Assembly: GCA_964247055.1 (NCBI GenBank)
Contig: OZ176056.1
Span: 5,208,001 to 5,272,000, forward strand
Direction: 5' to 3'
Length of the DNA stretch: 64,000 nt
From: Paragordius varius
Taxonomy: Eukaryota > Animalia > Nematomorpha
Shown here: one piece after another, positions 40,726 to 52,300 of the stretch
Layout: each line of letters opens with the position of its first letter
Numbering within the stretch: the stretch's first letter is position 1
Program-made: the position numbers and the translations under genes
Notes under the pieces: model-generated
What the model was told of the DNA's origin: nothing
Seen by the model: only the letters and a program-made list of their open reading frames with translations
Databases searched by the model: none

Positions 40726-42471
40726 GAGCCTGCGAAGCCGTGATTTGAATAAAGGGCCAAATTGTAATCCATATATGAGGATTATTTCTAAACATTATTT
40801 AATAATTATGATCTCATAGTTTTAAAACGGTGCTTCATTTTCAAAACTGTGCCATTCTAATATATTGTTTACTGCTGTAAAGGCCCCAGGAAAAACCGAT
40901 ATACTATAATTTTTACCTTTTTATGGGTATTATTTAAAGCCTTTATTGAACTCGTATGACTTCTTAAGTGTTTTGAAAATTAGCTCCAAAACCACGCAGC
41001 TTTTGTAGGCGTCTCAGTTTTAAGCCGACCCTTACCCATAGACCGATGAAAAAGCGCTGAGTTAAATTTTTTGTCTTTATAGGGCAAATATTTGGAATCA
41101 TCATTGATACCATTGTCTTATGGGTTAATCAAAAAAATAACTCAACACTAAATAATCGTTATATGATGGCGTATTTTCATGGTATATAGCTCCAAAACAA
41201 CTCCATTTCCATATAGTGGCGCAGTTTTTGGCGGGTAGCTCCTTACCCAGCAGGAAAAAAAGTGTTGGGCAATATTTTTGCCTTTACCTGATAACCCCCT
41301 ATACTAAAATATTCTTTCTTAAAGAATAATAAATATTTTAGGCCCTTATTAAACTCACATAGTCTCATAGGTCTAAAATTTGGTTCTAAAGGCAAGGTGT
41401 ATCGATATGGTGAGACGCAGTTTTACGCGGTTAGCGCCCTAACCAGGGGCGAAACAAAAATCGATTTAAATTTTTTGCCTTAATTCGGGTAATATTTGTC
41501 CATATGCTCTCGTGGGATTTTCAAAAAATTGCCTCAAAACCAAAAAGTCATTTTTAGGTGGCGCATTTTCTTTTTACGGGTATTTCAGGCCCTTATTAAA
41601 CTTATATAGCCTGATAAGTTTTCTGAAAATAAACCCCTAAACAACACAATTTTGATATGGTGACGCAGTTTTAGCCGGGAATTACCAACCCAGAGGCTGA
41701 TACAAAAAAAGCGCTTGATTAAAATTTTTACCTTTTTACGAAGAATACTTGTAGCCATGATTGATTCCATATACTCTCATAAGTTTTTGGAAAAGTTTCC
41801 TCAAAACTAAAAAATTATTTTATGGTTGCGCATTTTTCGGGGCGTGAAGGGCCTAATTAACGGCTAATTAAAAAAAACCGCACGACCCAAATATTGCCTT
41901 TTTACGGGTAATATTTTAAGTACTTATAGAACTCATATGGTTTGATAGGTTTTCTGAAATTTAGCCCCAAAGGCACGCTATTTCGATATAACGGATCAGT
42001 TTTTAGCAGGTAGTTTACCCAGCTGCCGACATAAAAAAAACGCACGACTAAATTTTTTGTCCTCAAGGGAATACCTGGAATCCTCATTGAATTTTTACTG
42101 TCTCATACCTTATCCGAAAAATAAATTATTTTTGTTGACTTTTTGAAAAAAATGGCACTTTACGGAGGGAGCGAAAGATGGCCTAAATTAAAAAAGCGAG
42201 CCGTCAGTGCAACAGAAAAAAGTAAAAAAAACCATATTTGAAATCGAATGGTCCAACACGTTTTTCGGAAAATTGTCTCAAAGACACGATTTTTTTGACT
42301 ACTGTTTTCAAAAAAAAACGTTTTTAACACGGGGTGGTCCCGAACTGGGGGCCTAATTTAAAAAAAGCAAAGTTATTGTCGGGTCATTCATTAATGATTA
42401 TATTTTTTTGATATTTGGATGTAAATGGATTTACCGGTTTTCCGGAAACAGATCACAAAGCCAGCATTTTC
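40726..42471. repeat. Same dispersed repeat family, copy 2 (longer subrepeat tract)
   Basis: Same start and end motifs as 38488-39675. Subrepeat markers ggcccttattaaact occur at ~41341 and ~41589. Confidence 0.6.
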
Positions 42472-43264
42472 CATTTTATTCTATTAATTAATGCTAATAA
42501 ATGCAATATGTTGACTGAGTTGTTTAGCAGATAGAAAAACAATACCCATAAATAATTCATAAGACGTAAAATGTTAAATTGTTTATGTAATATTAGTCAA
42601 AAAGTGGCTTTGTTAACTCAAATTATTCCAATTATTTTGTGATTCATTGCAGTATAACCCATAAAAATTATGCTACCCCTAATTGTTTATATAAAATATT
42701 TATTTGAATCTTTAATTATCATTCCAGAATTTCTAATGATTTGGTATATTGCATGTTTGAGAATCTATCAACCAAGTTGATTTTTGAGAATATCTAATAA
42801 TAATTATTATTAAATAAAATTTATAAAAGTTTTTAGTACTTTCGGAAAAAATATTTAAATAAATAATTGTTGAAAATCATACCACAAAATTTTAACCCCC
42901 AATTATTTTTTGAAGGCCTGCGAAATTAATTTATTGGACTTGCATAATAAAATTAATCATTTTAATAAAAATATTTTGAGTAAATATGCTAAAAGTATCA
43001 TGACCATATATCTATTAGCTCATAGTTATATTTATACTCAAAGTTGCCTTAAAATAATCTCAAAAGTATTAATGGTATTTTGGATGTTAGAAATGATAAA
43101 TGGCTTTTAGGATGAAAAAAAGCATAAATTATAAATAATAATATTATTCAACTAAATATAAAAGGAAAATATCATTAAAAACTTTGTTACATTCGCAAAA
43201 AAAGTTTCCATATATGTGTTAAACGATTTTAAACAATTGATTATGATTGATTTAAAAAAAATTC

Positions 43265-44211
43265 TATATATGAATAGCTTATAATCATAAATAGGGTTTC
43301 TATGAAATTTTAGATCAAAAGATGGCGTTGTTCCTTTAACCACTTAAAATTCATAAAAAATTTAAAAACTATATTAAATATAATTTTATTCAATTATTTA
43401 TAGCTAACCTCACTATTAAAATCTTAACATTCATATTTTATTCGGTAAAAAATTTTCGAAATAAAACTAAAAAATATTGTTTTTAATTTTTTCATTTTTT
43501 TATGATCTGGTTTATATAAAATTTAATACTGTTTTATTTAGGAATCTCACATGAGTGGGAATTATAAAGTATATAATTTATGCAAAATAGCATTTAAAAA
43601 TAGTGCAATATCAACCAACAATCCTTACAAATCCCTTTAACACTGTTTTAAGACAAATTAATATTTTTATTGGGATTTGTACGGATTGTTGGTTTATATT
43701 CCACTAATTTTTTTGTTTATATTAAATTCCTGCTCATGTAAGATTCCAAAAAAAGTATAAAATCTTTATACATTCATAAACCAGATGACAAAAACATGGA
43801 AAACTAAAAAACAATATTTTTTAGTTTTATTTTGATCAAGAAATTTTTATGCTGAATAAAATATGAATGTTTAGAATTTTATAGTGAGTTTAGCTAGTGA
43901 ATAATAAAAAAATTATTTTAATATAGTTTCATAGTAATATTTTTAAGTGTTTTTAAAGAAAAACGCCATTTTTCGAACTGAGATTTTATAGAAAACCTAT
44001 TTATAATTTTAGGCTATTATATATAGAAAATATCCTAAAATGGTAATCAACCATAATATCTCAACTTTTATTATAATTTTTTTGAATTATCCATAATTTT
44101 CACTTGCCCGATTTCGATATTCTCTCAATATTTCAAAAACTAGGCCGTAAACAAATTAAATTTCGGAAATCTCATGAGAAAAAATTATTTTGTCAAATTT
44201 TTTTGCACACA
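43265..44211. mobile_element. Palindromic CACT-family element, copy B (left end truncated)
   Basis: Arms are inverted about a centre at ~43636-43674. The right end ttttttgcacacagta is followed by (TA)n at 44212-44242. Confidence 0.75.
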
Positions 44212-44245
<34 letters not shown>

Positions 44246-44639
44246 GATGATTACACGTATTTGATGGAGGAATAAAGACACACATCAACCAATTTTTATT
44301 ATAGATTTTAATTTTTTCTGACGGCCATATATAATTTTTATAATGAAAGCAACAAATATGTAAAATCACACCCTATTAAGAACTTTGAGTTAATATGCCC
44401 TATAAAAATGGAAATATTTGAGGGTTATTTTAAAAATTTCCTAGATGCTTCTTTTTAATTTATAGAATATAAAAGAAATCAACAACCATATTTTACATTA
44501 TTATATTTTGCAATACAATGAACAAAATTTTATTATCACAATCAAGATTAGATCATTAAATACCTGTATAACCTAAAAGATTGTAAACAATATATAATTT
44601 CATATACAGTAGCGTATGGCATAAAACATTATTAGTCCA

Positions 44640-45481
44640 TAACTTATATATCAAAATAAAACCAAAAAAATATTGTTTTATATTTTTACATTTTTTTGTC
44701 ATCTGGTTTATGAATGTATAAAAAATTTATACTCTTTTATTTTGAATTCCTACATGAGTGCGAATTAAAGCATATAATTTATATAAAATATGATTTAAAA
44801 GTAGTGTAATATCAACCAACAATCCGTGCAAATCCCTGTAACAAGTCTGTTTTATGACAAATTAATATTTTTAATGGGATTTGCACGGATTGTTAGTTGA
44901 TATTCTACTACTTTTAAATCATATTTTGTATAAATATACTTTTAATTCGCACTCATGTAAAATTCCAAAACAAGACAGTATAATTTTTTTATACACTCAT
45001 TAACCAGATGACAAAAAATTGTAATATAATACAATATTTGGTTTTATATAAGTTTTTTTTACCGAATAAAATATGTATGTTAAGATTTTAATAGTGAGTT
45101 TAGCTAGTTAATAATTAAAAAAAAATATTTTAATAAAGTTTCACCATTTTTTTATCTTTTAAGTGTGTTAAAAAAAACGCCATCTTTTGAGCTTAAATAT
45201 TATAGAAATCCTAACTATATGATTTTAGGCTATTTATATAGTGAAAATATATCCTAAAATGATAATAAACCATAATACTCAAATTTTATCATTATTTTTG
45301 AATTATCCTTAATTAACCTTTATTTTCACTTTTTGCCCGATTTCGATTCCTCTCAATATTTCAAAAACTAGGTTGTTAACAAATAATAATTTTTGCGGCA
45401 AATGAATTTACTGGTCATAAGCTATCTCATGAAAAAAAAATTTTCGTTAAATCAAAATAGCCCTGTTTTTTACACTTAGTG
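44640..45481. mobile_element. Palindromic CACT-family element, copy C (left end truncated)
   Basis: Centre at ~44835-44877; right end tttttacacttagtg followed by TA. Confidence 0.75.
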
Positions 45482-46362
45482 TATCAAATAAACGGCGTAC
45501 TATCCAACAATCCCAACTCCAAGTGACATTGGTTAAAACAAATCGATATTTAGATTTGGATTTGTAAGGAATAATTGATATTCCTACTTGTAAATCCTAG
45601 TTTGTATTAATTATACTTTGTGATACCCGGAAGATTCCAAAAAGGAACTGTTATATCACTCATAAACCAGTTAAAAAAGAGCAAAAATAATAATCAATAG
45701 TTTATTATTTTTATATTGATTTATAACTTTTGTTACATAAAATATGGTAAGATTAGAATAGTGAGTTTAGTTAATAAAAAATGATTCCAATAAAGTTTTA
45801 TAACAATTGTTTATTTATTAAGAAAGAAAACCACTCTTTTTGATCTGAGTTCTCTGATAATATTATAATAGTTCTTAATATCTCAAGTTTTATCATTATA
45901 TCTTTAAGTACCATTCTTTTTCAATTTTTGTCCAATTTTAATTTTCTTTCAATAATTCAAAAACTAGGTCGTACACATAAAATTTTATTCTGGCAACGAT
46001 TTCGGTGTTAAAATCTCTTGAAAAAAGATATTTGTTAAAAAAATTGACCTCTTGAACACACAGTGTAATATTTTTCCGTTACTAATTTATTATATAACCT
46101 TTAAAGTAACCCTCTCAAAAAATTATTAAATAATATGCGGTGAATTCGCGACTTGTCGATTTGCAATCCCTAATCGGATTCTTAATAACTCTGAAGTATT
46201 AGTTAACTAGAATGTGTTTTTGTCAATATTTGCCAAAAAATCTACTGCTTCAATATATCATGTCACTGTAGTTATTGATGATTGTAGTTACAATCCTTTT
46301 TTTCTAAAAATTGTTGAAAATCAAAGATCTTGGCCAAAAAATTAATTTAAAAAACTAAATAC

Positions 46363-49300
46363 CAGAGATAGTATTTGGTTTTCCACTTTCTTTAGATTCC
46401 ATCCCAGATCCGTCATTTGTTACTTCTGGAGATTTTAAAATACACAATATATATTTAATATAAGTTAAATTAAATTGCTAAATCGGTCATAAATGTAGTT
46501 TTTATAATTTTAATACAACCCACTATATCTCTCAATCGGAAAATATATAATAACTCAAAATTTAGTCGGCTATTTTTGACGAAAAATTTTGTATTAGCTT
46601 TTACAGCAAGCACGGAAATTAATATTAGAGAAGCAATATTCTTTGATTACATCAAGGCTATAAATGGTTAGGAGATCGCATGCGTATGGACTGCGTTTTT
46701 AATATCTCTATGTAGAGCAGTCCCTTAATATTGAACCATATTTTTAAAATAATATAAAAATACATTTAAATAACTTTTAGAAAATTAGCTATTTTTACAC
46801 AATATATTAATAAACCATTGATAAAATATTTAAACCTTTTGTCATTATGTAATATATATAATACCAGTTGCAGTGCTTTTGTCTTCAAGCTCACCACTGG
46901 ATTCTGTGCTATGGTCTTCTGGCTCACCACTGGATTCTCTCTTATTTTCTTTTGGCACTAAAGTAATTATTTTTGAATGAAGTCTTAAATCAATATATAC
47001 CATTTATAATTCAAATTCACCCTTAAACAAAAATTTTCCTTTAAGTAATTTAAATTTTTTTTCAAACAATTCGATTTCACCAACAACAAATTCACCCTAA
47101 AAATTAATTATGTTTTTTCTATCTAATATAATTCATCATTATTATGAATAATATCTTTATGGCTTAGATTATTATTTTATCCGTATTATGTCATTTACAA
47201 ACAAAATTTCATTTTTTAAAAATATAAAAAAATTTGTTAATTTTTAAACTTTAAGAAATGATTTTTTTTAGGGCGAATTTGAATTGTTAGAGGGGGAATT
47301 TAAATTAGGACCTGCCTCTAAGGATTCAATTAAGCAATTACGCATATTTAAGATATAGATCGTTGAATATTCTTGTATATTTGTATACTTTTTGATAAGA
47401 AAACACCCGATTCGCATGTTAAAATTGAAGAAAATAATTTAAAACAAAACATAAAACTGTGTCTTGTTTACGTTTAAAAGATGATAGCATGTGATTGGTA
47501 ATAAATACAAATTTTTTACGAAATAATAATAAATTGTCTAAAAACTTCTCTATTTAGCTCACATTTAAATAACTAAATACTTGTGTGCAAAATTTATTAC
47601 TGAAATTTTTTTAGGATAGCTTATAACCAACAAATTCATTTTCAGCAAATTTTATTTGTTCACCACCTAGTTTTTGAAATATATAGAGATGATCCAAACG
47701 GCCAAAATAGGGATTAACAATCTTAACTAACTAAAATTCTTTCTATCAGACATTTGCAATTTATAAATAGCGTAAAATCGTGTTTTTTCTTTATTCTACA
47801 CAAATTTTTTTTATAAAATTATTAAAATATTTTTATTTATTTAACTAAATTCATTTTTGAGATCTCAATATTCATTTAATAATTTGCATATCAAGGTAAA
47901 TTAATTAAATAGTATTTGTTATATTTGTCATCTGGTTTAAGAGTGTATAATAAATTTAATATTGTCTTTTGAAATACATGAGCATTAAGTATATTAAAAT
48001 ACAAAAGTTAGAAGTAGAGGCGTACTATCCAACAATCCCAACTCCAAGTGACATTGGTTAAATCAAACTGATATTTAGATTTGGATTTGTAGGGAATAAT
48101 TGATATTCCTACTTGTAAATCCCAGTTTGTATTAATTATACTTTGTGATCGGAAGATTCCAAAAAGGTACTGTTATATAACTCATAAACCAGTTAAAAAA
48201 GTGCAAAAATAATAATCAATAGTTTATTATTTTTATATTGATTTATAACTTTTACATAAAATATGGTAAGATTAGAATTGTGAGTTTAGTTAATAAAAAA
48301 TGATTCCAATAAAGTATTATAACAATTGTTTATTTATTAAGAAAGAAAACCACTCTTTTTGATCTGAGTTCTCTGATAATATTATAATAGTTCTTAATAT
48401 CTCAAGTTTTATCATTATATCTTTAAGTACCATTCCTTTTCAATTTTTGTCCAATTTTAATTTTCTTTCAATACTTCAAAAACTAGGTCGTACACATAAA
48501 ATTTTATTCTGGCAACGATTTCGGTGTTGAAATCTCTTGAAAAAAGATATTTGTTAAAAAAATTGACCTCTTGAACACACAGTGTAATATTTCCGTTACT
48601 AATTTATTATATAACCTATAAAGTAACCCTCTCAAAAAATTATTAAATAATATGCGGTGAATTCGCGACTTTTCGATTTGCAAGCCCTAATCGGATTCTT
48701 AATAACTCTGAAGTATTAGTTAACTAGAATGTGTTTTTGTCAATATTTACCAAAAAATCTACTGCTTCAATATATCATGTCACTGTAATTATTGATGATT
48801 GTAGTTACAAACCTTTGTTTCTAAAGAAAATTGTTGAAAATCAAAGATCTTGGCCAAAAAAATTAATTTAAAAAACTAAATACCAGAGATAGTATTTGGT
48901 TTTCCACTTTCTTTAGATTCCATCCCAGATCCGTCATTTGTTACTTCTGGAGATTTTAAAATACACAATATATATTTAATATAAGTTAAATTAAATTGCT
49001 AAATCGGTCATAAATGTAGTTTTTATAATTTTAATACAACCCACTATATCTCTCAATCGGAAAATTTATAATAACTCAAAATTATTTTTATTAGTCGGCT
49101 ATTTTTGACGAAAAATTTTGTATTAGCTTTTACAGCAAGCACGGAAATTATTATTAGAGAAGCAATATTCTTTGATTACATCCAGGCTATAAATGGTTAA
49201 GAGATCGGCGTATGGACTGCGTTTTTAATATCTCTATGTAGAGCAGTCCTTTAATATTGAACCATATTTTTAAAATAATATAAAAATACATTTAAATAAC

Positions 49301-52300
49301 TTTTAGAAAATTAGCTATTTTTACACAATATATTAATAAACCATTGATAAAATATTTAAACCTTTTGTCATTATGTAATATATATAATACCAGTTGCAGT
49401 GCTTTTGTCTTCAAGCTCACCATTGGATTCTGTGCTATGGTCTTCTGGCTCACCACTGGATTCTCTCTTATTTTCTTTTGGCACTAAAGTAATTATTTTT
49501 GAATGAAGTCTTAAATCAATATATACCATTTATAATTCGAATTCACCCTTAAACAATTCAAATTTTCCTTTAAGTAATTTAAATTTATTTTCAAACAATT
49601 CGATTTCACCAACAACAAATTCACCCTAAAAATTAATTATGTTTTTTCTGGCTAATATAATTCATCATTAATATGAATTTTATCTTTATGGCTTAGATTA
49701 TTATTTTATCCGTATTATGTCAATTATAAACAAATTTTTAAAATATAAAAAAATTTGTTAATTTTTAATTAAGAAATGATTTATTTTAGGGCGAATTTGA
49801 ATTGTTAGAGGGGGAATTTAAATTAGGACCTGCCTCTAAGGATTCATTTAAGCAATTACGCATATTTAAGATAAATAGATCGTTGAATATTCTTGTATAT
49901 TTGTATACTTTTTGATAAGATAACACACGATTCGCATGTTAAAATTGAAGAAAATAATTTAAAACAAAACATAAAACTGTGTCTTGTTTACATTTAAAAG
50001 ATGATAGCATGTGATTGGTAATAAATACAAATTTTTTACGAAATATTAATAAATTGTCTAAAAACTTCTATATTTAGCTCACATTTAAATAACTAAATAC
50101 TTGTGTGCAAAATTTATTACTGAAATTTTTTTAGGATAGCTTATAACCAGCAAATTCATTTTCAGCAAATTTTATTTGTTCACCACCTGGTTTTTGAAAT
50201 ATATAGAGATGATCCAAACGGCCGAAATAGGGATTAACAATCTTAACTAACTAAAATTCTTTTTATCAGACATTTGCAATTTATAAATAGCGTAAAATCG
50301 TGTTTTTTCTTTATTATACACAAATTTTTTTTATAAAATTATTAAAATATTTTTATTTATTTAACTAAATTCATTTTTGAGATCTCAATATTCATTTAAT
50401 AATTTGCATATCAAGGTAAATTAATTAAATAGTATTTGTTATATTTGTCATCTGGTTTAAGAGTGTATAATAAATTTAATATTGTCTTTTGAAATACATG
50501 AGCATTAAGTATATTAAAATACAAAAGTTAGAAGTAGAGGCGTACTATCCAACAATCCCAACTCCAAGTGACATTGGTTAAATCAAACTGATATTTAGAT
50601 TTGGATTTGTAGGGAATAATTGATATTCCTACTTGTAAATCCCAGTTTGTATTAATTATACTTTGTGATCGGAAGATTCCAAAAAGGTACTGTTATATCA
50701 CTCATAAACCAGTTAAAAAAGTGCAAAAATAATAATCAATAGTTTATTATTTTTATATTGATTTATAACTTTTACATAAAATATGGTAAGATTAGAATAG
50801 TGAGTTTAGTTAATAAAAAATGATTCCAATAAAGTATTATAACAATTGTTTATTTATTAAGAAAGAAAACCACTCTTTTTGATCTGAGTTCTCTGATAAT
50901 ATTATAATAGTTCTTAATATCTCAAGTTTTATCATTATATCTTTAAGTACCATTCCTTTTCAATTTTTGTCCAATTTTAATTTTCTTTCAATACTTCAAA
51001 AACTAGGTCGTACACATAAAATTTTATTCTGGCAACGATTTCGGTGTTAAAATCTCTTGAACAAAGATATTTGTTAAAAAAATTGACCTCTTGAACACAC
51101 AATGTAATATTTTTCCGTTACTAATTTATTATAAATACTATAAAGTAACCCTCTCAAAAAATTATTAAATAATATGCGGTGAATTCGCGACTTTTCGATT
51201 TGCAATCCCTAATCGGATTCTTAATAACTCTGAAGTATTAGTTAACTAGAATGTGTTTTTGTCAATATTTGCCAAAAAATCTACTGCTTCAATATATCAT
51301 GTCACTGTAATTATTAATGATTGTAGTACAATCCTTTTTTTCTAAAGAAAATTGTTGAAAATCAAAGATCTTGGCCAAAAAAATTAATTTAAAAAACTAA
51401 ATACCAGATATAGTATTTGGTTTTCCACTTTCTTTAGATTCCATCCCAGATCCATCATTTGTTACTTCTGGAGATTATAAAATACATAATATATAATTAA
51501 TATAAGTTAAATAATATTGCTAAATCGGTCATAAATGTAGTTTTTATAATTTTAATACAACCCACTATATCTCTCAATCGGAAAATATATAATAACTCAA
51601 AATTATTTTTATTAGTCGGCTATTTTTGACGAAAAATTTCGTATTAGCTTTTACAGCAAGACGGAAATTTTTATTAGAGAAGGAATATTCTTTGATTACA
51701 TCAAGGCTATAGATGGTTAGGAGATCGCATGCGGACTATGGACTGCGTTTTTAATATCTCTATGTAGAGCAGTCCCTTAATATTGAACCATATTTTTAAA
51801 ATAATATAAAAATACATTTAAACATCTTTTAGAAAATTAGCTATTTTTACATTGAAATATATTAATAAACTATTGATAAAATATTTATACCTTTTGTCAT
51901 TATGTAATATATATAAGTTGCAGTGCTTTTGTCTTCAAGCTCACCACTGGATTCTGTGCTATGGTTATCTGGCTCACCACTGGATTCTCTCTTATTTTCT
52001 TTTGACACTAAAGCAATTATTTTTGAATGAAGTCTTAAATAATTCAAATTCACCCTTAAACAATTCAAATTTTCCTTTAAACAATTTAGATTTATTATCA
52101 AACAATTTGATTTCACCAACAACAAATTCACCCTAATAATTAATTATGTTTTTTCTGGCTAATATAATTCATCATTAATATGAATTATATTTTTATGGCT
52201 TAGTTTATTATTTTATCCGTATTATGTCAATTACAAACAAAATTTCATTTTTTAAAAATATAAAAAAAATTAGTTAATTTTTAAACTTTAAAAGATGATT

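Noticed and set aside
39002-42087. ORFs 39002-39427, 39475-39750, 41585-41770 and 41902-42087
   Set aside because: They lie in the subrepeat element; paralogous copies do not keep the frames and no domain is recognisable.
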